Positions 38,064 to 48,081 are shown, counted from the stretch's first letter. The stretch is DNA of 64,000 bases from an uncultured archaeon (GCA_964584335.1 CAZOZN010000003.1:86436-150435), one strand, 5' to 3'. Made by a program: numbers and translations. Notes: generated by a model from the letters alone, not told the origin.

Positions 38064-38660
38064 ATGATAAAATCAATAATATTTGATTGGGGTGGTGTAA
38101 TATCTAAAAAAGGTAGTTACACAGAATTTTCGGAAATTCATTCAAAAGAATTCAATAAAACACCGGAAGAAATTCATTTTATAATAAAGAAATACTGGAA
38201 TATTGCAAGGATAAACAAAATAAAATCGTATGATTTCTGGAAATTCGTATCAAGAGACCTGAACTGCGGTGAGGAATATTTCAGGAATTTATTGAAAGAT
38301 TATGTTTCTATAAACTACGATGTTTTGAAATTTATAAAAAAAATCAAAAAAAATTACAAACTTGCCTTACTTTCTAATCAGATAGAGGATTGGCTTGAGG
38401 AGATTATTAGAAAGCATAATTTTAATGATATTTTTGATGTTATTGTAACATCTTATAATATAGGAGTGGAAAAACCTAAAAAGGAAATATACATGAAAAC
38501 TCTTTCAGAATTGGGCTTTGAGCCCTTTGAATGTGTTTTCATAGACGATAAAGAGAAAAATGTATTATCAGCAAAAGAAATCGGGATTAAAACAATTCTT
38601 TTTAAAAATTTTATTCAGATGAAAAAAGAACTCGAATCTTTTGGTGTTAAAGTCGGGTGA
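38064..38660 (+). CDS. HAD-superfamily hydrolase (YihX-like)
   Basis: IIFDWGGVI motif I variant; FIDDKEKN motif IV. Confidence 0.55.
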   Translation: MIKSIIFDWGGVISKKGSYTEFSEIHSKEFNKTPEEIHFIIKKYWNIARINKIKSYDFWKFVSRDLNCGEEYFRNLLKDYVSINYDVLKFIKKIKKNYKLALLSNQIEDWLEEIIRKHNFNDIFDVIVTSYNIGVEKPKKEIYMKTLSELGFEPFECVFIDDKEKNVLSAKEIGIKTILFKNFIQMKKELESFGVKVG

Positions 38661-38671
38661 GTTGATTTTGT

Positions 38672-39211
38672 ATGATTCTTACTAAAAATGAAAGAGATAA
38701 AATAAAAAGACTTATTTTAGAGGGCAAAGTCTTTGTTTATCCTACAGACACTGTTTATGGTATGGGTTGCGATGCAAAAAACGAAAAATCTGTGAAAAGG
38801 ATAAGGGATATCAAAAAAAGAAGAGATAAGCCTTTTTCTGTAATAGCACCATCGAAAGATTGGATTATCAGAAACTGCAAGGTTAAAATGAAGGATTTGG
38901 ATATTTTACCGGGACCTTATACAATAATAGCTAAGCTAAAGAAAGATGCTGTTTGTAGCGATGTTAATCTTGGAATGGATACCATAGGGTTGAGGATACC
39001 AAAACATTGGTTTTCCGGCCTGATTGGTGAGCTAGGTATTCCTGTGGTAACGACTTCTGTGAACGTTTCCGGTAAAAAATACATGACATCAATTGACAAC
39101 ATTGATATCAAGATAAAAGAAAAGGTGGATTTTTTGGTTTACGAAGGAAAATTAGATGGAAGACCATCAAATATTGTTAATTTAGTTACAGGAGAAGAGA
39201 AAAATCGCTAG
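38672..39211 (+). CDS. sua5: L-threonylcarbamoyladenylate synthase, Sua5/YrdC family
   Basis: VFVYPTDTVYGMGCDAKNEKSVKRIRDIKKR and PGPYTII. Confidence 0.8.
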   Translation: MILTKNERDKIKRLILEGKVFVYPTDTVYGMGCDAKNEKSVKRIRDIKKRRDKPFSVIAPSKDWIIRNCKVKMKDLDILPGPYTIIAKLKKDAVCSDVNLGMDTIGLRIPKHWFSGLIGELGIPVVTTSVNVSGKKYMTSIDNIDIKIKEKVDFLVYEGKLDGRPSNIVNLVTGEEKNR

Positions 39212-40494
39212 GGTTTTATTCTTTTCATTGTCCTTGGAAAAGGTATTACATCTTGTATCGATTCTGCACCGCATATCCATTGTACTACTCTCTCTGTTCC
39301 CATTCCGAAGCCGGAGTGTGGAACACTACCATAACGTCTTGTGTCAAGGTAGAATTCATAATCTTTTAGGTTTTCGCCTTCTTTTTTGAGACTTTTTTTA
39401 ATTTCCTTTATATCAGGCTCCCTGACTGCCGCATCTACTATTTCTCCGACTCCTGGAGCAATAAGGTTGAAATTTAATGTATAGTTAGGATTTTTTGGGT
39501 CTTTCTTTTTGTAGAAAGCCATAATCTCCTTGGGGTAATGAGTTATCAGTATAGGCTTCCCGCCAAGTATGTCGGCTATGCTTGTTTCTTCCTTTGCCCC
39601 CAAATCTTTACCGTGTTTTACTTTCATCCCGTTTTCATTGAGTTTTTTGAGAACTTCATCATAGGTTATCCTCTTGAAAGGAGTCTTTAACTTTAACTCT
39701 TTTGGGTCTCTACCCAGTATCTTTAAGTCTTCCATGTTTTTTTCCAGTACCTTATTGCATATGAAAACTAAGAGTTTTTCCGCAAACTCCTCAAGCTCGT
39801 CAAATCCCATCCAGGCCGCTTCCATTTCCGTCATCCAGAATTCTGTAACATGCCTGTTTGTCTTTGATTTTTCAGCTCGGAAAGTTGGTGATATTGTATA
39901 AATTCTTTCTAGGCAGAATATCATCATTTCGGCGTACAACTGCCAGCTCTGTGACAAATATACCTTTTTTCCGAAATATTTTAACTCAAACAAAGTGGAG
40001 CCCCCTTCAGAGCCTGCTGTTGTAAATATCGGAGGCTGCATATGATAACAGTCCATTTTTTTGTGAAATTCGTTTATTGCGTCTATAACAGTTGACCTTA
40101 TTTTCATTATTGACATCATTTTTCTTGACCTTAGCCACAAATGCCTGACGTCTCTTAAAAATTCAGTGCTCTGGTCTTTTGTAATAGGGAATCTTTCAGC
40201 AAGGTGAACTACATCGAGCTCTTTTCCTCTTATCTCATATCCTCCTGGAGCTCTTTCATCTTTTTTTACAGTACCTTTTATTTTTACTGATGATTCAATC
40301 ATAAGATTTTCTGCCTTTTCAAAGACATCTTCCGATACTTCTCCCTTCTTGAATGTGCACTGTATTATGCCGGAAGAATCTCTAATCATTACAAAAATTA
40401 CTTTTTTTGAGGCTCTATGCCTGTATACCCAGCCTCTTATTTGAGCTTCTTCTGGCCCGTTCTTAAATATTTCATTAATTTTGGAAAACACCAT
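39208..40494 (-). CDS. asnS: asparaginyl-tRNA synthetase
   Basis: FRAEKSKTNRHVTEFWMTEME and GSVPHSGFGMGTERV (AsnRS-type class IIb motifs). Confidence 0.75.
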   Translation of the reverse strand: MVFSKINEIFKNGPEEAQIRGWVYRHRASKKVIFVMIRDSSGIIQCTFKKGEVSEDVFEKAENLMIESSVKIKGTVKKDERAPGGYEIRGKELDVVHLAERFPITKDQSTEFLRDVRHLWLRSRKMMSIMKIRSTVIDAINEFHKKMDCYHMQPPIFTTAGSEGGSTLFELKYFGKKVYLSQSWQLYAEMMIFCLERIYTISPTFRAEKSKTNRHVTEFWMTEMEAAWMGFDELEEFAEKLLVFICNKVLEKNMEDLKILGRDPKELKLKTPFKRITYDEVLKKLNENGMKVKHGKDLGAKEETSIADILGGKPILITHYPKEIMAFYKKKDPKNPNYTLNFNLIAPGVGEIVDAAVREPDIKEIKKSLKKEGENLKDYEFYLDTRRYGSVPHSGFGMGTERVVQWICGAESIQDVIPFPRTMKRIKP

Positions 40495-40526
40495 ATTTTA
40501 TATTTAAGGCAAATAAATAAAAAACT

Positions 40527-41798
40527 ATGCCGAAGCTCAAAAGAACTCTTGGCCTGTTTGAATCAAGCGTTTACGGTATTGGTCTTATTCTAGGTGCTGG
40601 AATTTATGTTCTTATAGGAAAGTCCGCAGCCATAACTGGAAACTCTCTTTGGTTTTCTTTCCTCTTGACAGCAATTATAGCATCTTTTACAGGGCTTAGT
40701 TATGCAGAACTTTCTTCCATGTTTCCGAAATCTGCTGCTGCATATTTTTATGTTAAAAATGCTTTCAAAGAAAATTATCTTCCTTTTGTGGTCTCTTGGT
40801 TGATAATATTTACTCAGGTTTTTACTGGATCCGCAGTAGCTCTTGGTTTTTCTGAATATTTTCAGGGTTTTGTTGGTATAGAATCTCCTATATTATGGGC
40901 AATTCTTCTGATAGTAGGCCTTTCATTGCTGAATTTTTATGGTATAAAGGAATCAGCAAAATTAAACGTTATTTTTACCCTGATAGAAGCATTGGGTCTA
41001 GTTTTTATAATTTATCTGGGTTTGGGATACATAGGCTCTGTAAATTATTTTGAAATGCCTAATGGAATAGGGGGAGTTTTTACAGGGGCCGGTCTCATAT
41101 TTTTTGCCTATCTGGGATTTCAGGAAATTGCCAACATTACAGAGGAAACCAAAGATGCAACCAAGAACATACCCATTGCCATAATAATTTCCATTATTGT
41201 AACAACAGTACTATACGTTCTGGTAGCTATTTCTGTTGTCAGCATAGTTCCATGGCAGACGCTTGGTGAGGCAGAAGCACCGCTTACATTTGTCGCGGAA
41301 TCAGCAATGCCCAATTCTTCATTACTTTTGACAATAATAGCGCTTTTTGCTACTCTTAATACAGTTTTGATTACGTTAATAGTGGCTTCAAGGATGATTT
41401 ATGGAGTTTCCAGAGACACTAAAATTTTCAAGACACTTTCAAAAGTTCATAAAAAGAGAAGAACACCGTGGGTTGCCGTATTAGTAACGATGTTTCTTGT
41501 TTCGGGATTCACCCTTCTAGGAGAAATAAAACTGGTAGCATTGATAGCGGATGTTGGTTCCTTTATGATATTCATGGTTGTAAATATTTCTCTAATAGTT
41601 CTTAGGTACAAGAAACCCAACCTCAAAAGACCTTTTAAGGTACCTCTTTCAATAGGACGCATGCCTATTATTCCTCTTCTTGGTTTAGTTTCATGCTTCC
41701 TAATGATTCTACATTTTGAATTTTACATAATATTGTCAGGTATTTTAATAGTTGGCACAGGTTTTCTTGTTTTTTATCTTAAAGATAAGTTCACGTGA
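40527..41798 (+). CDS. APC-family amino acid permease
   Basis: 12 TM; typical N-terminus LGLFESSVYGIGLILGAGIYVLIG. Confidence 0.75.
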   Translation: MPKLKRTLGLFESSVYGIGLILGAGIYVLIGKSAAITGNSLWFSFLLTAIIASFTGLSYAELSSMFPKSAAAYFYVKNAFKENYLPFVVSWLIIFTQVFTGSAVALGFSEYFQGFVGIESPILWAILLIVGLSLLNFYGIKESAKLNVIFTLIEALGLVFIIYLGLGYIGSVNYFEMPNGIGGVFTGAGLIFFAYLGFQEIANITEETKDATKNIPIAIIISIIVTTVLYVLVAISVVSIVPWQTLGEAEAPLTFVAESAMPNSSLLLTIIALFATLNTVLITLIVASRMIYGVSRDTKIFKTLSKVHKKRRTPWVAVLVTMFLVSGFTLLGEIKLVALIADVGSFMIFMVVNISLIVLRYKKPNLKRPFKVPLSIGRMPIIPLLGLVSCFLMILHFEFYIILSGILIVGTGFLVFYLKDKFT

Positions 41799-41886
41799 TT
41801 CACGCAGAGAGACAAAAAGAGTGACATTTGTATTCTTAAGTAACGAAAACTTTATAAATAGGGAACTACAAAAAAATATTACAATC

Positions 41887-41979
41887 AGGTAATTTGGGCA
41901 TTACCTTCACGTCTTCACTTCAAATTTTGGGCAATTTGAAGTTGAGTGACACACACTAATTTTTGGGCGTTATTAGTGT
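41887..41979 (+). promoter_or_regulatory. three consecutive hairpins with a conserved TTGGGC loop in the ftsZ upstream region
   Basis: AGGTAAT-ttgggc-ATTACCT (41887-41906), CTTCAAATT-ttgggc-AATTTGAAG (41918-41941), ACACTAAT-ttttgggcgtt-ATTAGTGT (41953-41979); TATA-like TTTATAAATA at 41851-41860. Confidence 0.45.
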
Positions 41980-42082
41980 TAGATATTTTTAGGCTTCTAA
42001 ACAGAGATAGTTTTTACTATCTAAAAAACATTTGGATATAAAAAAATATATGTTGTAGTATATAAATTGAGGTGGATTATAT

Positions 42083-43207
42083 ATGGATTCTATGATTCAA
42101 AAAGCATTTGAAAAAACTTTTAATCAGGGAGATGAAAGTCAAAAAAGTCTTAATCAAGGGTTTGACACGAGAAAAATTGGTGAGGAATTCGACATAGATT
42201 TTCATCAAGCAAGAATTTGTGTTATAGGAGCAGGGGGCGGAGGAAACAATACTGTTACTGCTCTTACTGAAATGGGTATAGAAGGAGCACAAACTATTGC
42301 TGTAAATACTGATGCAAAGCATCTAAGCGTGACAAAAGCTGATAAAAAGCTTTTGATAGGAAGAGATACTACTAGAGGTTTGGGTGCAGGCGGTTATCCC
42401 GGAATAGGTAAAAAAGCAACCGAGGAATCAAAAAAAGAATTAAAAGAGTTGCTTGACGGTGTGGATATGATTTTTATTACCTGTGGTCTGGGCGGCGGAA
42501 CTGGAACCGGATCCGCTCCAGTAATAGCTGAAATAGCTAAGAGCATGGGTGCGATAGTAATAGGAACTGTTACAATGCCTTTTAAAATGGAAGGTACCAG
42601 AATTCATAAAGCTGAAGAAGGTCTTACGGAACTTAGAAGAGTGACAGACACTGTTATAGTAATAGAAAACCAGAAGTTGTTGAAGTACGCAGGAGACCTT
42701 CCTCTAAAACAGGCTTTTGCAGTAGCAGATGAATTAATATCGACTATGATAAAAGGAATCACCGAAACTATAACACAACCTTCGTTGGTTAACTTAGATT
42801 ATGCAGACGTAAAGGCGATAATGCATAGCGGAGGAGTTGCTGCAATAGGAGTCGGTCAAGCAGATTCTTCCGAGAGAGCTAAAGAAGCAATAGAGAGTGC
42901 TCTAAAACACCCTCTACTTGAGATGGAAGTTAGCGGTGCAAACGGCGCCATAGTCCAGATAATAGGAGGAGACGACTTGAAGCTGGATGAAATAAACACC
43001 ATAGGAGAAACGGTTTATAAGAGAATGAATCCTGAAGCACAGGTTATATGGGGTGCTCGTGTTCTTCCTGAATATGCGGGAAAGATACATGTAATAACCA
43101 TAATAACTGGTGTAAAGAGCCCTTACATACTAGGACCGGTTCAGAAAGAAAATTTGGGAAGCGAAGAAAATGCAACACACCAACTCGGAATACCTATGGT
43201 AAAATGA
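42083..43207 (+). CDS. ftsZ: cell division protein FtsZ
   Basis: GAGGGGNN and GLGGGTGTG tubulin/FtsZ signatures. Confidence 0.9.
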   Translation: MDSMIQKAFEKTFNQGDESQKSLNQGFDTRKIGEEFDIDFHQARICVIGAGGGGNNTVTALTEMGIEGAQTIAVNTDAKHLSVTKADKKLLIGRDTTRGLGAGGYPGIGKKATEESKKELKELLDGVDMIFITCGLGGGTGTGSAPVIAEIAKSMGAIVIGTVTMPFKMEGTRIHKAEEGLTELRRVTDTVIVIENQKLLKYAGDLPLKQAFAVADELISTMIKGITETITQPSLVNLDYADVKAIMHSGGVAAIGVGQADSSERAKEAIESALKHPLLEMEVSGANGAIVQIIGGDDLKLDEINTIGETVYKRMNPEAQVIWGARVLPEYAGKIHVITIITGVKSPYILGPVQKENLGSEENATHQLGIPMVK

Positions 43208-43223
43208 GATATTGTTTAATAAA

Positions 43224-43358
43224 TACACCCCCACACTGGGAAGGACGGTAGGGATTTTCTCACCGTCCAACCCACACCCCCCACATTACGGTCATTCGAT
43301 GACACACCCCCACACACTGGGAAGGGCGGGCAACGGTAATTATTTTTCCGCCCTTTCC
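43224..43358. repeat. C-rich direct repeat plus GC-rich hairpin module between convergent genes
   Basis: ACACCCCCACAC(AC)TGGGAAGGRCGG at 43225-43248 and 43304-43329, each running into a hairpin (GGACGGT/ACCGTCC at 43243-43268; 11-bp stem at 43319-43358). Confidence 0.5.
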
Positions 43359-43489
43359 TAATTCCCCCAAAGGCTAAAACATGTACAATAAAATATCAAA
43401 ATTAAAAAGAAAGGTATCCGAGAGAGTTATGGTTGTAGCAGGAGCTTTATCTATATTTATTGCCATAGTGCTTTGAATTAATATGCTGC

Positions 43490-44131
43490 TCAGTAAATGA
43501 CTACGAAGTTATTAAATACTTCTCCTTTTTTACCAATCTGTTCTTTAACTTCTCTTAGGTCTCTGTTGTATGTCTCTTTTCTTCCTCTCTTTAAGAAAGA
43601 TTTAATCCTGTCTCCTATAAGATAAATTATTCCTATGATGATTAGAATTACCACCAGAGATGCTATCAGAGCCGTCATAAAAGGTCCTGCTGAAGTTATT
43701 TTTCCCGTCCATTTTTCTATTCTTATTGGTTGGGCCTGGTATACTCCATTCTCTCTGCCCCATTCATTCTCATATTCATACAACAATACTGGTCTTTCTC
43801 CGTCGTTCTGCTCATACAAATCCCAGGTTTTACATTTTATGTATCTGTAATTAATTGGCTCGATTGATTTACATAACCCCTTATCTGACCTGCATACTAT
43901 TTTATTTTCACTGTAATAGTCATTTATAACCCAACATTCCTTAACTACATCTGATACTATTGTAAAGTTGTATTTCTCATCGAAATTTTGGTATAGTTCT
44001 ATATTTACACTCTCTCCTTCTCTGAAATTATTTTTTTCCCATCTAAAAACAACTTCTTGTGCGGCATTTACCTCGCTTATAGAAATAATTAAAAAAGATA
44101 GAATAAAAAAAGTTAAGAATATTTTTTTCAT
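43490..44131 (-). CDS. exported protein with signal peptide and C-terminal TM anchor
   Basis: N-terminus MKKIFLTFFILSFLIISISEVNA; C-terminal TM ALIASLVVILIIIGIIYLIG. Confidence 0.3.
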   Translation of the reverse strand: MKKIFLTFFILSFLIISISEVNAAQEVVFRWEKNNFREGESVNIELYQNFDEKYNFTIVSDVVKECWVINDYYSENKIVCRSDKGLCKSIEPINYRYIKCKTWDLYEQNDGERPVLLYEYENEWGRENGVYQAQPIRIEKWTGKITSAGPFMTALIASLVVILIIIGIIYLIGDRIKSFLKRGRKETYNRDLREVKEQIGKKGEVFNNFVVIY

Positions 44132-45033
44132 TTTTACACCCCTATAACGTAATTATTCAAGAAATTTATACTATTGTATCATCACTTCTGGATAAATAAA
44201 ACTATTTTAGCCTTACCTCTCTTGAAAACTTATATCCACAGTCTATGCAAACATAGTCATTTCTTTCTATTTTTAGGTCCTTTGTTAGGTCGTATAAAGC
44301 AGAGTTGAATCTATAAAGGATTTCGTGTTTGCATTCTTCTTCTTTCATATTATTTAATTGATTTTGTTTTATTATATTTTTTTGGGAAAAAGAACTTTGC
44401 GTATGTTTTTCCGCCCGTTTTAACGACAACCAACATTAGATATTTTAACAAGAAAGGACAATCTAATGATTTGCTTTCTGTTGTTGTTTCCTTTGTTTCA
44501 ATTCTGAAAAGACTCAGCAAATTAAAAATTATCACTTTAACTTTATCTTTGGTATCAAAAAATACTACCTTATCTTTATAATTAATCTCAACTTTTCTTT
44601 TTCCCATAATTTCATCAAGGAAAGACAAAAAGGTGTAGTAATTTGCGTAAAACCAGGGCAAATAACCATTTTTCATAAATATCCTGAAAAATAACCAAAA
44701 CTAACTGTGCTTATTTTTTGAATTTTTTTAACTTGCTGAGAATTTTTTAATGTGGTCGTTGAATTCCTTGAGTTGCTTGTTTATTGATTTTTTTAAATCA
44801 GAATCTATTTTTGTAATTTTGCTTATTACTTTTTTTGCATATTCTATTTTTGCTCTTGCATCCTCGTTTCTGCCTTCGTTTATATTATCTATAGCTCCTG
44901 AAAGTTCGTTGTCTACTATGTTTATCATCGTAGTTACTTTGCTATTTTTTGAGCCTATCATAATCTTATTTTAATGAAATTAATATATAAAGTTAAATGC
45001 TTTTAAGTACAAACTCAATAAGGGTGTTAAAAT

Positions 45034-45429
45034 ATGCATGAGTGGGCCCTTGCGGAATCTGTTTTGTTTTCTGTTATGGACATATCAAAGAAAGAGGGTA
45101 TTTCTAAGGTTAAGGAGATTACTATTTCTCTTGGTGAACTTCAGCAGATAGATAGGGAAGTTTTTAGGCTTGCTCTTAAAGATATTATGAAGAATAAAAA
45201 AGTTGATTTTGATATAAAAATTGAAGTTGATAAAAGCCTTTTGAGTTGTAGAAGCTGCGGAGAAAAATGGGTTTTTGATTTAAAGGACTTGAGTGAAAAG
45301 TACAGGGAACCTGTACACTTCATACCGGAAGTTTCTCACAGTTATATAAGATGCCCCAGTTGCGGAAGCCCTGATTTTAAAATTTTAAGGGGAAGGGGAG
45401 TATGGTTAAAATCTATAAAGGGTGATTGA
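45034..45429 (+). CDS. hypA: hydrogenase/urease nickel incorporation protein HypA
   Basis: N-terminus MHEWALAESV; C-terminal CxxC...CxxC (CRSCGEKW...CPSCGSPD). Confidence 0.8.
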   Translation: MHEWALAESVLFSVMDISKKEGISKVKEITISLGELQQIDREVFRLALKDIMKNKKVDFDIKIEVDKSLLSCRSCGEKWVFDLKDLSEKYREPVHFIPEVSHSYIRCPSCGSPDFKILRGRGVWLKSIKGD

Positions 45430-46134
45430 GTGGACCCAAGAACTAGTGTCATAGATAAAAGAATTGAAGGAAAGAGAATCATAGCGGTATCTGGAGCAAA
45501 AGGTGGTATAGGAAAAAGCCTTGTTTCATGTCTTACGGCCTTAAATTTAACAAACATGGGCTACAGGGTAGGTCTGCTTGACCTTGATTTTTCAAGCCCG
45601 TCAGACCATACAATAATAGGTGTTAATGATATACAACCTGATGAAAAGAACGGAATTATACCTCCAAAAGTTTATGGTATTAGATTTATGTCCATATTTT
45701 TTTATTCAGGCAACAAACCTTCTCCTTTGAGGGGTCTTGATGTAACAAACATCATAAGGGAGATTTTTTGTATAACCAAATGGGAAGATGTCGATGTTAT
45801 TATTATTGATATGCCTCCTGGGATGGGAGAGCCCGTCTTGGATATGATAAACACAATAAAAAATATGGAATTTGTTGTATTGACAACGCCTTCAAAACTG
45901 AGCATAAATACTGTAAATAAGTTTATATCTCTTTTAGATGACTTCAGGGTACCGATTCTGGGTGTGATAGAAAATATGAGATTAAAAAAGTCTTCTGAGT
46001 GTTTTTTTGGAGAAAGGTTTTTAGGCAGCATAAAGTTTGACTTGGATTTAGAAGAAAGTATAGGAAATCCAGAAGCACTTTCAAAGACTAATTTTTCTAG
46101 AGAATTAAGAGAGATATTAGAAAAAATATTTTAG
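45430..46134 (+). CDS. Mrp/MinD-family P-loop ATPase (ATPase-type HypB candidate)
   Basis: Deviant Walker A AVSGAKGGIGKS; GTG start immediately after the hypA stop. Confidence 0.6.
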   Translation: MDPRTSVIDKRIEGKRIIAVSGAKGGIGKSLVSCLTALNLTNMGYRVGLLDLDFSSPSDHTIIGVNDIQPDEKNGIIPPKVYGIRFMSIFFYSGNKPSPLRGLDVTNIIREIFCITKWEDVDVIIIDMPPGMGEPVLDMINTIKNMEFVVLTTPSKLSINTVNKFISLLDDFRVPILGVIENMRLKKSSECFFGERFLGSIKFDLDLEESIGNPEALSKTNFSRELREILEKIF

Positions 46135-47072
46135 GTTCTTTCAGCTACGCTTTTTATTATGAAGGGAAGTATTGCTGTAACGTCTCCCTCTATTGTAACC
46201 ATTTTGGCATCTTCTCTTATTTTGCCCCATGAAATCGCTTCTCTCAATCTTGCTCCTGACAGGGATCCGTCCCATTCAGGCGCTGTTGTTATATAAACAG
46301 CGTAATCAAGACCTTCTCTGAATTGGTTCCACCATATTGTATGATGCTTTGAAATTCCTCCCCCGAGCATCAGGGAGCCTGTTTTCTTTGAGTCGTATAT
46401 TATTCTTGACATCTCTTGCTCGTCTCTCATAAGGTTTATATTAAAGTCCTTGTGACCGTCCTGCCAAAATAACCATAATTGATAACCCCAAGCACCGTCA
46501 GTAGGTCCCGGTATGAATACAGGTATTTTATTTTTCCATGCCCAATAGGTTATGGAATCTTCTGCATTTTTTTCTTTTTCTATAGCTTCGCCAAATTTCC
46601 ATACCAGCTCCGGAGTAGACCAGTCTTTTTTTTCTTTGTATATTCTTTCCAATATTGGTTTCATTTTTTCTTCTAGAATTAAACCATAACTTTCGTTTGG
46701 TATGAATATGTTACCTTCCCTGTTTATTCCCTTTTGGTGTAATTTTTTATCATCCGCCTCAAATTTTCCATGATAATAATTCGACCACACACGAGCCAAA
46801 TCGTGGTCCAAAGTACCACAAGTTGTAACCAATACATCAACCATTTTGTTTTTTAACATATATTTCAGTATACCCCTACATCCAGTAGATACTAAACATG
46901 CTGGAAATGACAAGAATTTTGTACAATCCTCGTCCTTAATCATTTTTTCTAGTATATCAACACCGGTTCCTATTTTCTTGGCAACAAAGCCTCCCGATTC
47001 TTTCATTTCCTTAGCCATTTCTTTCCAATTATTTTCAATTTTGATGTCTTTTATCTTCTCCATAATTAACAC
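46131..47072 (-). CDS. dys: deoxyhypusine synthase
   Basis: MLGGGISKHHT and DYAVYITTAPEWDGSLSGARLREAISWGKIR. Confidence 0.85.
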   Translation of the reverse strand: MLIMEKIKDIKIENNWKEMAKEMKESGGFVAKKIGTGVDILEKMIKDEDCTKFLSFPACLVSTGCRGILKYMLKNKMVDVLVTTCGTLDHDLARVWSNYYHGKFEADDKKLHQKGINREGNIFIPNESYGLILEEKMKPILERIYKEKKDWSTPELVWKFGEAIEKEKNAEDSITYWAWKNKIPVFIPGPTDGAWGYQLWLFWQDGHKDFNINLMRDEQEMSRIIYDSKKTGSLMLGGGISKHHTIWWNQFREGLDYAVYITTAPEWDGSLSGARLREAISWGKIREDAKMVTIEGDVTAILPFIIKSVAERT

Positions 47073-47102
47073 ACTAGAACTGTTTTATTAATAAACTTAT
47101 TT

Positions 47103-47720
47103 TCAGATTTTATTTATTGATTCTCTTTGCTTTTTTCTCTTTTTTATTCTTTCTATTATCAAATCATCCCATTCTGAAGCTATTTTGTATTTTTTCTTTG
47201 AACCAATTAACCCGGAAACGTAATCTATTATTTCACTTGCGTATTCTCTTATCTTTGGCTTTTCCGTGTTGTAAAAATTTTCAAGTCCCTGAACTAAGGT
47301 ATCATAACCTTTTTTATATTCTCCAAAATCGTCTCTCCTAACTAAAAAATCTCCTTTAGGGTTTGCATATTCCATTGTTATGTAAAAATTTCCATCGAAT
47401 TCCTTTCTTTTTATTAAAACCGGACACCTTTCAGATATTTTTTTTAGTCCCAGCTTGACTTCTGTGAAGTTAAAAATATTTTTTTTATCCCCTTTTATTT
47501 CTCTTAGCTGGCTGCCTTTTGATATTCTTGCTATTACGTCCCTTTTAAATGATTTATTTAATTTTTCTATTTCTTTTTTTGAGGACTTTGGTTCAGTTTT
47601 TTTAACTAATCCTTTCCAGTCAACGAATACTTCATCGTATTTTTTTATATCTTCCTCTGTGTCTGGAAAAAAACCGTATAAGTGTGTGTTTATTTTTGTT
47701 AGATTTTTTTTATTAAACAT
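47103..47720 (-). CDS. hypothetical protein
   Basis: 205-aa K-rich ORF with no recognisable motif. Confidence 0.3.
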   Translation of the reverse strand: MFNKKNLTKINTHLYGFFPDTEEDIKKYDEVFVDWKGLVKKTEPKSSKKEIEKLNKSFKRDVIARISKGSQLREIKGDKKNIFNFTEVKLGLKKISERCPVLIKRKEFDGNFYITMEYANPKGDFLVRRDDFGEYKKGYDTLVQGLENFYNTEKPKIREYASEIIDYVSGLIGSKKKYKIASEWDDLIIERIKKRKKQRESINKI

Positions 47721-47850
47721 TTTTACACCATGTAACTACTCATTAGTTACTATATTAGTATTAACTTCTATTTAAGTGTTAATTTTTAGAAAAAAAGTCT
47801 TCTGGGATTAAAATATTAAGTTTTATATAAAACGAGCTGAAAATTAGTTT

Positions 47851-48081
47851 ATGTTCCCCAATTTTTTGGTATCTTTTTGGGTTATGATATTTTTTCTACT
47901 TTTTGTAATATGTGAACTTTTCTGGTTCTGGACTCTTGTGGATGTTTTGCAGAGAAAAAAATTTGAGGACAAACTTGTATGGGTTATAATGCTCATTGTT
48001 TTTAATGTGTTTGCTTCTGTAATGTATTACTTTATGGTTTACAAAGAGCTGGAGAAGAAAACAAAAAGAAAAAACAAGTAA
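47851..48081 (+). CDS. PLD-nuclease N-terminal (PLDc_N) domain small membrane protein
   Basis: WTLVDVLQRKKFEDKLVWVIMLIVFNVFASVMYYF pattern. Confidence 0.45.
   Translation: MFPNFLVSFWVMIFFLLFVICELFWFWTLVDVLQRKKFEDKLVWVIMLIVFNVFASVMYYFMVYKELEKKTKRKNK

Noticed and set aside
43290-43330. Possible C/D box sRNA (GATGA at ~43296).
   Set aside because: There is only one C-box-like element, and no D box (CUGA) or C'/D' pair at an appropriate spacing.
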